Below, piece by piece: positions 16,399 to 26,018 of a stretch of 64,000 nt of DNA (its first letter is position 1; the number at the start of each line of letters is the position of its first letter). The notes beneath the pieces were generated by a model, which worked only from the letters and a program-made list of their open reading frames with translations, had not been told where the DNA came from and did no database searches. Made by a program: the position numbers and the translations under genes. Source of the DNA: a bacterium (GTDB lineage: Bacteria; UBA8248); contig OZ241875.1 of NCBI GenBank assembly GCA_965203325.1, positions 3,360,001-3,424,000 on the forward strand, given 5' to 3'.

Positions 16399-16815
16399 TC
16401 AGTCGGTCGTCCGCGTGAGAGTATAGCGTATGGTGAGCACGAGTGTCTTATCGAGCCAGGGCAGGGGGGCCGCTTTCCGCACCGCTTCCAGGGAGGCGTG
16501 GTCGAGATGGGCGTTGCCCGAGGTCTTCTTGATCCGTAAATTCCGCAACCGCCCGTCGGGCAGCACCCGGAAGCTCACCGTGGCCGCGCCCTCCGCCCCC
16601 GATTCACGCGCGAGCGGGGGATAATGCTGGTGGCGCCTGATGCGCCCGAGGATGGCCGCGACGCGCGCGTCCGCATCCGTCCCCACCCGGCGCTTCCTGA
16701 AGGTGAAAGAGGGCGCCTCGGGCGGTTCGTTCACGGAAGTCTCGATCTCCTGCGCGGGGAGAGGCGCAGGAATGGAGAGAACAAGGAGCGCGATGAGGGC
16801 AAGGGCTGTTCTCAT
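16399..16815 (-). CDS. tonB: TonB-family energy transducer (short, C-terminal domain)
   Basis: YPPLARESGAEGAATVSF.V.PDG....RIKKTSGNAHLDHASLEAVRKAAP. Confidence 0.85.
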   Translation of the reverse strand: MRTALALIALLVLSIPAPLPAQEIETSVNEPPEAPSFTFRKRRVGTDADARVAAILGRIRRHQHYPPLARESGAEGAATVSFRVLPDGRLRNLRIKKTSGNAHLDHASLEAVRKAAPLPWLDKTLVLTIRYTLTRTTD

Positions 16816-17597
16816 TCTCTCTCCTCCATCGTTCGCAGGATGAAGTATCGCTCGTCCCCGCCGTTCACCGGCAGTATCTGCGCGCGCACCCCGAACGCCT
16901 GTTCGATGAATTGGGGCCGCAGGACGCTTCGCGGGTTCCCGGAGACGAGGACTTCTCCCTGGTGGAGCAGGAGCAGTTCGTCGCAGTAGCGGTGCGCGAG
17001 GTTCAGGTCATGCACCGAGACCACCACGGTGCGGCCCCCGGAAGCCTGTGCGCGGAGGATGGCCAGGATGTCGAGACAGTGCCTCACGTCCAGATTCGCA
17101 AAGGGCTCATCGAGCAGCAGGACGGGCGTCTGCGCGGCGAGGGTTCTCGCGATCAGCACGCGCTTCATCTCCCCGCCCGAGAGTTCGTTGATCGCGCGGC
17201 CCGCCAGGTCTCCCGCGTCCACGTCTTGAAGCGCCGCATTCACCGCCTCGCGGTCCGCATCGGTCTCAGGCGCGAGCCTGCCCTGGTGGGGGTATCTCCC
17301 CATCATCACCGTCTCGTCGGCGCGGAAGGGAAAGGCGGGTTCGTGCTTCTGGGCGAGATAGCCGACGCGGCGGGCGATTTCTTTCCTGTCGAAGGCGTCG
17401 ATGGATTCGCCTTCGAGAGAGATGCGCCCGCTTTTCAGGGGCACGAGACCCGCGAGCGCGCGCAGGAGCGTCGTCTTGCCCGCGCCGTTGGGTCCGATGA
17501 CGCCCGTGAGCGCGCCGGGGCGGAAATCGGCCGACACGCCCTTGAGCACAATCCGCTCGCCGAGTTCGACGGTTGCGTTTTCGACGCTGAGCCGCAT
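16812..17597 (-). CDS. btuD: Cobalamin/siderophore ABC transporter ATP-binding protein
   Basis: ATG at 17597 overlaps the permease stop; GPNGAGKTT, LSGGE, LLLDEP, VHDLN. Confidence 0.9.
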   Translation of the reverse strand: MRLSVENATVELGERIVLKGVSADFRPGALTGVIGPNGAGKTTLLRALAGLVPLKSGRISLEGESIDAFDRKEIARRVGYLAQKHEPAFPFRADETVMMGRYPHQGRLAPETDADREAVNAALQDVDAGDLAGRAINELSGGEMKRVLIARTLAAQTPVLLLDEPFANLDVRHCLDILAILRAQASGGRTVVVSVHDLNLAHRYCDELLLLHQGEVLVSGNPRSVLRPQFIEQAFGVRAQILPVNGGDERYFILRTMEERE

Positions 17598-18631
17598 CAG
17601 AAGGTCTCCGCGCGCGCACGGTTCTTGACGATGAGGTACAGGAAGAAGGGCCCGCCGATACCCGCCGAGAGGACGCCCAGGCGTATCTCGCCCCCGGGGG
17701 AGAGCGTCCGCGCGAGCAGGTCCATCCCCGTCACGAAGACCGCGCCCGCGATCATGCTCAAGGGGAGGAGTCTCCGGTGGTCCGGCCCGGCCAGCATCCG
17801 CACGATGTGGGGGACGAGCAGGCCCACGAAGCCGACCACGCCCGCCACGGCCACCGACGCTCCGGCCGCGGCGGCGGCGATGACGAGGATCCACGCCTTC
17901 GTCCGCGCCGTGTCCACGCCGAGCGCCATGGCGGATTCTTCCCCCGACATCATGAGGTTGAGTTCGCGCCCGAAAAACGCGGCGGCGACCGCGGAGGCGG
18001 CGAAAAAGGGCGCCACGAGGATCACGTGCTCCCAGGTGCGGTTCGTGAGGCTCCCCATGAGCCAGAAGAGGATCTGGCGCGCGATCTCGAAATCGCTCAC
18101 GCTGTAGCTGAGCACGAGCGTCGTCAGCGCGCCCGCGATAGAGTTCACCGCCATGCCGCAGAGGATGAGCGCGCCCAGGGGCGTGTGTCCCTTGTGCGAT
18201 GCGACCAGCGAGACGAGGAACACCGTCGCGAGCGCGCCGCCGAAGGCGCTCAGGGGAACGGCCCAGATCGAGGCGGCCCCCAGACCCAGGGCGATGGCGC
18301 TCGTCGCGCCCAGCGCGCCGCCCGTGCTGGCACCTACGACGGCGGGGCTCGCCATCGGGTTCCGGAAAAGGCCCTGCAGCATCACGCCCGAGAGCGCCAG
18401 CGAGGCGCCGACGAAAGCGCCCGTGAGCGTGCGGGGGAGGCGGATGTGCCAGATGATGGCGCGCTCGTGCGCGGAGACGCCCGCCCCCTCGGTTGAGATG
18501 AGGCCGAGTTCGCTCAGGATGATTTTCACGATTTTATCGGCGCCGATATCCGCCACACCCAGACGGACGCTGAGCGCGGCAAGGAGCAGGGCGAGGGTGA
18601 CGAGCACAGCCGCCAGGGCGTATTTCCTCAT
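17597..18631 (-). CDS. btuC: FecCD/BtuC-family ABC permease
   Basis: IRLPR, QGLFRNPMASP, GVVGFVGLLVPH; ATG at 18631 with ATGA overlap. Confidence 0.9.
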   Translation of the reverse strand: MRKYALAAVLVTLALLLAALSVRLGVADIGADKIVKIILSELGLISTEGAGVSAHERAIIWHIRLPRTLTGAFVGASLALSGVMLQGLFRNPMASPAVVGASTGGALGATSAIALGLGAASIWAVPLSAFGGALATVFLVSLVASHKGHTPLGALILCGMAVNSIAGALTTLVLSYSVSDFEIARQILFWLMGSLTNRTWEHVILVAPFFAASAVAAAFFGRELNLMMSGEESAMALGVDTARTKAWILVIAAAAAGASVAVAGVVGFVGLLVPHIVRMLAGPDHRRLLPLSMIAGAVFVTGMDLLARTLSPGGEIRLGVLSAGIGGPFFLYLIVKNRARAETF

Positions 18632-19494
18632 GGATAAAGCCCTCTCACCAGATCGTCCAGTGCGCCTGCGATGTATTGCGACACGCTCGAGAAGCGCGGG
18701 TAGGGGATCTCGACGATCTTCTTTTCCCGCAGGGGGGCGTAGACCCCGTTCGCGCGGATGACGTCCTTCATGCCCGCGCCTGATTCGGGGTGCGCCCCCA
18801 CCATGATGACGTCCGGGTCCCAGGCGATGATTCGCTCCGCCGACACCCTCCGCGCTCCCCGCAACCCGCGTTCGGCGGCGGCGTTCACGCCGCCTGCAAG
18901 GCGGATGAGCGCATCGTGCGAGGTGCCTTCGCCCGTCACCCACCCGCCCCGCACGAGAGTGAGAATGCGCGGGGGCTTCGCATCGGGCGGTATGCGCGCG
19001 CGGATGGCGCGGATTCTCTCGCGGGCATCTTTAATGAGTTTTTGCGCCTTCGCTTCTTCACCGATCAGGCGGCCCATCTTCTCGATGCTTGCGAAAACGT
19101 CCGCAACGCCGCTGAAAGAGGAGAATCTGGACACCGGCACTCCGGCGGCCCGCAGGTGGTTCAGGAACGCGGCGCTCGAATACGAGGCGACAAACACCAT
19201 GTCCGGCCTTAATGCGATGATGCGCTCGGGCGCGCTGTCGATGAGGGGGATGCTCCCCACCTTATCGGCGACGTTGGAATAGCCCGGATGTCCGGCCAGC
19301 TTGTGCAGGCCGACGATTCTTTCTCTGGGCGCGAGAGCGAGGAGCATCTCGGCGGTGGCGAGCGTCATGGCGATCAGCCGTTCGGGCTTCCTGGCGGCGC
19401 GGGCGGGTGCGGCCCCCTCCGGCATCGGGGAGAGCGCAGCCCATAGAAGAGCCGCCGCCAGGAAGCGAATTTTGAGATTATTCCATAATCGCAT
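18628..19494 (-). CDS. btuF: Cobalamin-binding periplasmic protein (Peripla_BP_2)
   Basis: ERLIAMTLATAEML, ERIIALRPDMV, LAGGVN, VSAERIIAWDPDVI; lies in a B12-riboswitch operon. Confidence 0.85.
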   Translation of the reverse strand: MRLWNNLKIRFLAAALLWAALSPMPEGAAPARAARKPERLIAMTLATAEMLLALAPRERIVGLHKLAGHPGYSNVADKVGSIPLIDSAPERIIALRPDMVFVASYSSAAFLNHLRAAGVPVSRFSSFSGVADVFASIEKMGRLIGEEAKAQKLIKDARERIRAIRARIPPDAKPPRILTLVRGGWVTGEGTSHDALIRLAGGVNAAAERGLRGARRVSAERIIAWDPDVIMVGAHPESGAGMKDVIRANGVYAPLREKKIVEIPYPRFSSVSQYIAGALDDLVRGLYP

Positions 19495-19525
19495 CTACCG
19501 TCCCTTGCGCAAAGCCCCGCTTTAA

Positions 19526-19851
19526 GGGCTGTTGGAAAACCCCTCCAAAGAGGAGATATCCCTCTCTCCTCGGTCGGGTTTCAAATTCACTCCTCCTCAA
19601 AAGGGGCTGTTGAAAAAGTCCACAGAAGGAGCGCGCTAGATTTCACTCCCCCCTTGAGGGGGAGTCAACGAGACAAGGGCGAAGCCCGCAGGCGAGTTGG
19701 TGGGGGGACATTCCACAGAGTAAACCTCCCCCCACCGATTCAGCCTTCGCAAAAACCGCTCGGCTTCATCGACTCCCCCTCAAGGGGGGAGTGAACTTCA
19801 AAATCTTGCGCTCAACCAAAATCGCTCCACAAGGCCTTTTCCAACAACCCC
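19526..19851. mobile_element. MITE-like composite repeat B (two left-end copies) between btuB and btuF
   Basis: GGGCTGTTGGAAAACCCC at 19526, GGGGCTGTTGAAAAAGTC at 19603, right end GGCCTTTTCCAACAACCCC. Internal ACTCCCCCCTTGAGGGGGAGT...GACTCCCCCTCAAGGGGGGAGT as in element A. Confidence 0.7.
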
Positions 19852-21890
19852 TAGAAGACCGCCCTCACGCCCGCGAACCACTGTACTCCGGGCGCGCCGT
19901 AGCCGTAGACGGCCTCGTATTCCTCATCGAGCGCGTTGTTCACCTTGAGCTCGACCGTCAAGTCTTTCACCTTCGATTTTCTCGTCCTGTCGAACATCGA
20001 GATACGGTCCTTCACGACGTCCAAAGAGAGCGCCAGGTCCACCCGCGTGAAGCCGGGGTTCACCACCCTCGGGTAGGGCCAGGGTGCGGAGTCGTCGATG
20101 TCCCACCTGTCGCTCACCGTGTTGACGCGCAGGGTCGCTTTCAGTCGCTCGGGGTGGTAGCTGACCGAAGCGCTCCACCACCAGTCCGGGCGTCTTAAGA
20201 GTTCTTCTCCCTCCACGTAGCTCGGCGCGCCGAGGCCTCCGGTTTCGAGCGTCTCCGTGTCCATGAGGTTGTAGCTCGCATGGGCCGAGAAGTCGTGAAA
20301 ATCAAGTAGCGAGAAGGAGAGTTCCGCGCCCTTGACGCGCGCCTTCTGGATGTTCTCGTAGTTCGTGCCGTTCTCGAAAGGCGTGAACGAGTAGGCGATC
20401 AGGTCGTCGATATCGTTCACGTAATACGTGGCGCTGAACTTTATCTTGTTGCCCGCCAGGAACTGATCGAAACCCGCCTCCCAGCTTTTTTGCCGCTCGC
20501 TCTTGAGATTCGGGTTGCCGGGGCCATAGACGTCGAGCAACTCGGCGAAGGAGGGCCGCTTGACGCCCTCGCCCACAGCACCCCTTATCCGTGCGCCGGT
20601 TCCGGGGATTTTATAGGAAGCGGAGAGTTTTCCGGTCGTCTCGTCTTCGCCGACGTCGAAGGTGTCCACCCGCGCTCCGCCCGCGAGGGTGAAGCCGTTT
20701 TGGAATTGAAACTGCTGCTGCGCATAGAAGGAGGTGGCTCGCCTGTCACTGTCGTATTCGCTGTCCCCGAAAGCGGACGCGCTCTTGATGGAGATGTCCT
20801 CCGTCTCCCATTCGACACCCAGCGTGGACACCGACCGGCGAAGCGCGCGGAAGCCCAGTTGCTCCCCTGTGAGCCTCACGTTCACCTGGGTGTCGAAGTG
20901 AAGCCGGGTGCCGTCCGTCTCCGTTTTGCTCGCGCTCGGGTCCAGCTCGTCGGGTTTGTTCTCATCGAGCGTGTCTCTCAAATAAACGGAGACGCGCGGA
21001 ACAAATTCGAGCCACGGGAAAAGCTTCAAGTGCGCGCGTGCGCCGATGAGTTGTTCGGTGAGGTCCCTGTATTTGTTGGGTTCGGTGTAGCCCTGGTGAG
21101 CGGGACCCGGAAGGTCGTAGTGGTTCCGGTTGGCGTGATAGAGAAAACGCACCCTGGCGTTTTCAGACAGGAAATGATCCAGCCCCACCGTCCCCACGGT
21201 GCGGTAGTAGCCGTCGTTCGGAAGATGGCCTTCCGTGTCGAGGCGGCTCAGGCTCGCCATGTATCCGCTCTTCGCCGTTCCGCCCTTCAGCTTGAATGTC
21301 TCCTCGAACGTCTCGAAGCTGCCGCCCCTCGCGCGGACGGTGAAAGAAGGCGCTTCTCCGGGCTTACCAATGTCCGTAATAAAATTCATGACGCCCGAAG
21401 CCGCGTCCGAACCGTACAGCGGGCTTTGGGGGCCTTTCAGGATTTCGGCTGTGCCCACCCACTCGGGTGACAAGTGCCCGAAGTCGTACGCGCTCCCGTC
21501 CGGGAAGGTGAGCTTGAAGCCGTCCATCATCACGCTGGTGAAGTTGCTCTCGCTCCCTCTCAGGAACAGGCTCGACTGGCCGCCCCGTCCGCTCGTCTGC
21601 GGGAGGATGACGCCCGCTCCCTCGCTCAGGAAGTCGATCATGTCGCCGGGCTGGAGGCTCTCGATTCTTTCGAGGTCGAACACCTCCACCGAATCGGCCA
21701 CGTCGCTGACCCGCTCGGGCGTGCGCGTCGCCGTGACGGTGATGGGGTCGAGGTAGAGTTCCTCTTCGGCATTTTGCGCGCCGGCCTTGCTTGCCCCTCC
21801 CAACAGAATGAGTGCGGCGAGCCATAGAGCGGATATAATCCGGATGAAGCGGATGGATGATCGGGTGGGTTTTCTTGCGACGCCTTGCAT
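19851..21890 (-). CDS. btuB: TonB-dependent cobalamin receptor
   Basis: AGGAGG RBS and ATG at 21890; TonB box region DPITVTATRT; plug LRGSESN..KGPQSPLYGSDAASGV; terminal Phe; downstream of cobalamin riboswitches. Confidence 0.9.
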   Translation of the reverse strand: MQGVARKPTRSSIRFIRIISALWLAALILLGGASKAGAQNAEEELYLDPITVTATRTPERVSDVADSVEVFDLERIESLQPGDMIDFLSEGAGVILPQTSGRGGQSSLFLRGSESNFTSVMMDGFKLTFPDGSAYDFGHLSPEWVGTAEILKGPQSPLYGSDAASGVMNFITDIGKPGEAPSFTVRARGGSFETFEETFKLKGGTAKSGYMASLSRLDTEGHLPNDGYYRTVGTVGLDHFLSENARVRFLYHANRNHYDLPGPAHQGYTEPNKYRDLTEQLIGARAHLKLFPWLEFVPRVSVYLRDTLDENKPDELDPSASKTETDGTRLHFDTQVNVRLTGEQLGFRALRRSVSTLGVEWETEDISIKSASAFGDSEYDSDRRATSFYAQQQFQFQNGFTLAGGARVDTFDVGEDETTGKLSASYKIPGTGARIRGAVGEGVKRPSFAELLDVYGPGNPNLKSERQKSWEAGFDQFLAGNKIKFSATYYVNDIDDLIAYSFTPFENGTNYENIQKARVKGAELSFSLLDFHDFSAHASYNLMDTETLETGGLGAPSYVEGEELLRRPDWWWSASVSYHPERLKATLRVNTVSDRWDIDDSAPWPYPRVVNPGFTRVDLALSLDVVKDRISMFDRTRKSKVKDLTVELKVNNALDEEYEAVYGYGAPGVQWFAGVRAVF

Positions 21891-21958
21891 GATGTGATGC
21901 CTCCTTGAGCGGCCCAAGCGCTCGAAACGGACCCCTTGCGGGGTCGTGTGGAGATGAT

Positions 21959-22102
21959 GCCGACAGGCCGGTCTTCTGGCTCGCGCCGATGGCCGCCTTT
22001 CATTCCTTCCCGGGTGTATCCCGGTGGACTGCATGAAAGGCGCGTCGCTTACAGCTGCCGGGCAGCTCCGGATTCGCACCGGATTCCCGTACACCTGCCG
22101 GC
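21959..22102 (-). ncRNA. Cobalamin riboswitch (proximal copy)
   Basis: Minus strand: GCCGGCAGGTG TACGGGAATCCGGTGCGAATCCGGAGCTGCCCGGCAGCTGTAA...CCACCGGG..CCCGGGAAGG...GAGCCAGAAGACCGGCCTGTCGGC (B12 box plus P1 pairing). Confidence 0.9.
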
Positions 22103-22135
22103 TGTTTCAGCGGCGGACGCTCCGCCGCGCTTATG

Positions 22136-22473
22136 GTTGTTGAAAAAGCCCTCCGACGAGTGCTTGTTGACTCCCCCAATCGAGAGCGTTCACCGTCATT
22201 CCGGCAATCAATGCCGACCGAGGAGGGAGGGATTGCCCGGAATCCATTTTTACGCCTTTTGCCTTTTGTCCTGATACCTGCGCATCGGCGGGAAATGAAA
22301 CGCCGCCTATGTTCACCCGAATCCGCAAATGGATTCCGGCTTTCGCCGGAATGACGAACCAAACCACACCGCGTATTGTAGTGACAGCCCCTCCTCGGGG
22401 CTGTCCCACAGGTCGCGACCTGTCCCTACGGCGAACGCTCTCGAAAGTCGGACAGGCCTTTCTCAACAACTCT
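22136..22473. mobile_element. MITE-like composite repeat C carrying CGTC-type and GTAG-type palindromes
   Basis: Ends GTTGTTGAAAAAGCC / GGCCTTTCTCAACAAC, flanked by direct repeat CGCTTATG (22128-35 and 22474-81). Contains CGTCATTCCGGC...CCGGAATCCA (22194-22246), TGGATTCCGGCTTTCGCCGGAATGACG (22330-22356) and GTAG-type hairpins (22378-22429). Confidence 0.7.
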
Positions 22474-22605
22474 CGCTTATGACGAAAGAACAGGCGCGCG
22501 TCCGCGTGGGGCACGCGCTCCGGATGTTGCTCTCGACTTGGTGTGTGAAGATGCCAGGATACCACCCACCTCCCGTTCCGCGAGGACGTGACGGGTCAAA
22601 AGGTT

Positions 22606-22767
22606 GCCGCAGGTCGGTCTCCTGGCTTCCGGATCAGCCTACTCACGGCCCCTTCCCGGCGGCGTGCGCCAGTGGTTTCGGCCGCTTTCGTCCCCGGTCA
22701 CAGTGGCGGGTCCGCGCCGGATTCTCACCGGCTTCCCGGGCTTTCACCGAGAAAGCCCACCTGCGAC
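22606..22767 (-). ncRNA. Cobalamin riboswitch (distal copy)
   Basis: Minus strand: GTCGCAGGTG GGCTTTCTCGGTGAAAGCCC GGGAAGCCGGTGAGAATCCGGCGCGGACCCGCCACTGTGA...CCACTGG...CCGGGAAGG...AAGCCAGGAGACCGACCTGCGGC. Confidence 0.92.
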
Positions 22768-22828
22768 AGGTCGGAACAAATGCTTTCCAGCTACAAAATC
22801 AGCGCGCTGCGATGGCCGGCATCAGATA

Positions 22829-23332
22829 TCAGACCGCCTCGTACTTGTCGCGCGTGATGGTGTCGAGATCGATGCCTTCGATGCGGACGAGGCGCGTCTC
22901 CCCCTCGCGCTTGGGCGAGTGGAATTCGCCCACGTCGTAGGCCTTCGAGAGGCCCGGCGTGAGGTCGTAGCTGCGCACGGCCCGCACCTTGCCGGGCGCT
23001 GCGCCGTTGGGCCGCTCGACGAGTTCGTAGTCCGTCATCGTGGTGGTGCCCACCGCCTGGCCGTAGATGGCCCAGGATTCCCCGTGGTCGTGCGGGGAAC
23101 TTCCGGTCACGCCCTTGTGAACGTGGGCGAAGATGCAAAAGCCGATCTCGGGGTCCTTGTAGAGCATCTTGCGGGGGGAGTCGTTGTCCGGCCCGAGGTG
23201 CTCCTGAACGAACTCTTGGTTCACCAGCACTTTCTCCAGTGCGTCGCTCACCTTCTGGAGGCCCGCCTTGCTGGAATCGGATTTCAGAATCTCGTGGCAT
23301 TCGGCTGCGAATTTATCGAGGATTTCACCCAT
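22829..23332 (-). CDS. Cysteine-dioxygenase-like cupin protein
   Basis: GGAG RBS and ATG at 23332; SPHDHGESWAIYG and EFHS metal-binding motifs. Confidence 0.75.
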   Translation of the reverse strand: MGEILDKFAAECHEILKSDSSKAGLQKVSDALEKVLVNQEFVQEHLGPDNDSPRKMLYKDPEIGFCIFAHVHKGVTGSSPHDHGESWAIYGQAVGTTTMTDYELVERPNGAAPGKVRAVRSYDLTPGLSKAYDVGEFHSPKREGETRLVRIEGIDLDTITRDKYEAV

Positions 23333-23499
23333 CGTTCGCTCTCCTTGTGTTTGAGAGGTTGATTTTCCATTCATTCTAACGGCAGCCCGCGTCTTTTGCA
23401 AAACGATTGAGAGGGGAGCGTGCTTTTCGCGTATTCGGTGTATGATGCGGGAATATCCCGAAGCGGCATAAAGGCGGACTCCCACAAGGGGGCTTTTGG

Positions 23500-24276
23500 G
23501 TGGATACGTCGAAGCAGCGGAACATCGAGACCTTCACGCGGATGGCGGAGACCTACGGCGGCTATTACAGCGACGCGGAACAGGCGCGCCTGGGCGCGAT
23601 GGCCGAGCGGGTCGGCTTCGGCGAAGGCTCCTGGCTGGTCGATTTCGGGATGGGCACGGGCACTTCCGCAAAGCCCTTTCTGGCGGCGGGCGGGAACGTC
23701 GTGGGTCTCGATCTCACCCCCGCGATGACCAAGAGAGGGCGCGAGCGCCTGCGCGAGTGGGGTCTGGAAGCGAACGCCCGCTACGTCATGGCGAACGCGC
23801 ACGAAGCACCCCTGGCGGCGGGGGCCGCCGATGCCGCCATCTGCCGCCACACGTTTCATCATCTCGAAGACCCCAAAAAAGTTTTCGGTGAGATGGCCCG
23901 CGCCGTCCGTCCCGGCGGCCACGTCTTCCTGATCGACTACCACTACCCCGACGAAGCCGAAGAGCGCGAGAAGATAGAAGAACTCGACCGGGTGCGGGAG
24001 CCGACCATCACGCGGCATCTCTCCGGAAAGGAGATGGAAGGTTTGTTTCACGCGGAAGGAATCCGGGTCGAGGAGAAAGTGGTCGACCGGACGGACACGC
24101 CCTTCGATGAATGGATGGACCTCGCCAAGACCTCGCCCGATGTGTTCCCGAAACTGAGAGCCGCCTTCGAGCGCCTGCGCGACCAGGGCGGAAGCTGGTA
24201 TGAGGAAAGCGGCGAGGGCTCTGAATTCTCCGTCATCAGGAAACGCCTGACCATCCTGGGCCAAAAACCGGCCTGA
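23500..24276 (+). CDS. Class I SAM-dependent methyltransferase (UbiE-like)
   Basis: LVDFGMGTG, VVGLDLT, FHHLEDP....EMARAVRPGG. Confidence 0.88.
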   Translation: MDTSKQRNIETFTRMAETYGGYYSDAEQARLGAMAERVGFGEGSWLVDFGMGTGTSAKPFLAAGGNVVGLDLTPAMTKRGRERLREWGLEANARYVMANAHEAPLAAGAADAAICRHTFHHLEDPKKVFGEMARAVRPGGHVFLIDYHYPDEAEEREKIEELDRVREPTITRHLSGKEMEGLFHAEGIRVEEKVVDRTDTPFDEWMDLAKTSPDVFPKLRAAFERLRDQGGSWYEESGEGSEFSVIRKRLTILGQKPA

Positions 24277-24289
24277 GTATCTTATCCCC

Positions 24290-25981
24290 TCAAAGCTCTT
24301 GGGGCGGTTTGCCCAGTGGAGCGGGCTTGACGACCGCGTCGATGAGATAGGGTTTGCCGCTTTGCGCGGCCTCGGCGAGGTGCGCTTCCAGCTCATCCGG
24401 CGAATGGACGCGCGCGGCGTCCACGCCCATCGATTCGGCCAGCCTGATGAAATCGAGGCTCGGTTCCGTCAGGTCCATGCCGACGAATTTGTGAAACTCC
24501 TTCGCCTTGCCGTCGAGCGCGAGCACGCGCCCTTTGAGAATATGGTAGGCCCCGTTGTTCGCGATGACGAATATCGCGCCGATATCGTATTTCGCCGCCG
24601 TCCAGAGCGTCTGGTTCGAATACATGGCCGAGCCGTCGCCCGAGAGGCAGATGACGGGGCGGTCGGGCGTCGCTATCTTCGCTCCCAGCGCCATCGGCAG
24701 GCCGGTCCCGATGCCGCCGCCCTTTCTCCCGAAAATCTGGGACGCTTTGCGCCCCACCGCGCGCCGGAAGCCGGGTCCGGCGGAGGTGAGCGCCTCATCC
24801 ACCCAGACGGACCCTTCGGGCGCGCCCGCGCCGAGTGCGCGGTGAAAGGCGGGAAGGGACATGCCTTCCGAAAAATCGCTTTGCTCCGCCGGGGGCGGGG
24901 CGGCCTCGCGCGCGCTCTGGTTTTCCTGAGCGATTCGCTCCGCGCGCGCTTTCGCCCCCGCTGCCTCGTCCGCCGTCTGCGCTTTCGCCACGGCTCCCGT
25001 CAGGACGGGGAGGGTGGTTTTCGGGTCTCCGTAGAGTGCGGCGTCCAGGCCGAAGTTCTTGCCCATCTCCCATGCGTTGAGATCCAGGTGAACGACCCGG
25101 CAGCTCTCGGGCAGCGGGCGTACGTCGGCGGGGTATGAGAACAGGAATACCTCCGTGCCGATGAGGAACACCAGGTCTGATTCTGCGAGGCGCTCCCGCA
25201 AGGGTCTGGCGAGGATGGGGAGTTTCCCGGCGTAGAGCGGGTGCGCCATGGGATATGTGATCAGGTTGGCGAAGTTCTCCTCGAACGCCTTGGCGCCGAT
25301 TTGCTCGGCGAATGCCGCCAGCTCGTCCAGCGCGCCCGAGTGCGCGACGCCGGCGCCCGAAACGATACAGGGCCGCTCGGCTTTCGCGATGAGCGCCGCG
25401 GCCGCCTCGACCGATTCCGCCGATGCGGCGAAGCGCGTGTGGATGCGCGTGGGCTTTTCCTTAAGTCCGGAGGCGGGGCTTAGCATGACGTCGCCGGGCA
25501 GGGAGAGGAAGACCGGCCCGGTCGGCGGCGTCATGGACACCTTGACGGCGCGGCGCACGGCTTGTTCCAGATCCTCGACGCGGCGCACCTCGTACGACCA
25601 CTTCACGAGCGGCTCCGCCATGCGCGCGAGATCGTCATAGAGGATGATTTCCTGAAAGTGCCCGCTCTGGGGCTGGTTCCCGGCGGTGACGAGCATGGGC
25701 GCACCCGAGCGCTTGGCGTTGTAGAGAAGCCCCATCGCGTTACCGAGGCCAGGGGCGACGTGGAGGTTGATGGCGGCGGGTCTTCCCGTGCTTAAGCCGT
25801 AGCCTTCCGCCGCCGATACCGCCACGCCCTCGTGCAGCGTGAGGATGAACTCGAGTCTTTCTTCGTTCACGAGCGCGTCCATGAGGGGAAGCTCCGTCGT
25901 GCCCGGGTTCCCGAACAGGTGCGTCACGCCCTCATCGAGCAGGGTTTCGAGCAGCAAGGATGCGCCGTTTGCATTTCTCAT
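24290..25981 (-). CDS. Thiamine-pyrophosphate enzyme, benzoylformate decarboxylase-like
   Basis: LFGNPGTTELP, NLHVAPGLGNAMG, GDGSAMY...NNGAY. Confidence 0.9.
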   Translation of the reverse strand: MRNANGASLLLETLLDEGVTHLFGNPGTTELPLMDALVNEERLEFILTLHEGVAVSAAEGYGLSTGRPAAINLHVAPGLGNAMGLLYNAKRSGAPMLVTAGNQPQSGHFQEIILYDDLARMAEPLVKWSYEVRRVEDLEQAVRRAVKVSMTPPTGPVFLSLPGDVMLSPASGLKEKPTRIHTRFAASAESVEAAAALIAKAERPCIVSGAGVAHSGALDELAAFAEQIGAKAFEENFANLITYPMAHPLYAGKLPILARPLRERLAESDLVFLIGTEVFLFSYPADVRPLPESCRVVHLDLNAWEMGKNFGLDAALYGDPKTTLPVLTGAVAKAQTADEAAGAKARAERIAQENQSAREAAPPPAEQSDFSEGMSLPAFHRALGAGAPEGSVWVDEALTSAGPGFRRAVGRKASQIFGRKGGGIGTGLPMALGAKIATPDRPVICLSGDGSAMYSNQTLWTAAKYDIGAIFVIANNGAYHILKGRVLALDGKAKEFHKFVGMDLTEPSLDFIRLAESMGVDAARVHSPDELEAHLAEAAQSGKPYLIDAVVKPAPLGKPPQEL

Positions 25982-26018
25982 CTGTCTGGCCTCTGGCTAG
26001 TCGTGGAAAAGGTAAGGA

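Noticed and set aside
21891..22094. 68-aa N-terminal extension of BtuB
   Set aside because: It runs through the riboswitch, and a strong AGGAGG precedes ATG 21890.
22131..22940. ORFs 22131-22565 and 22329-22940
   Set aside because: They are made of repeat and riboswitch sequence and are not protein-like.
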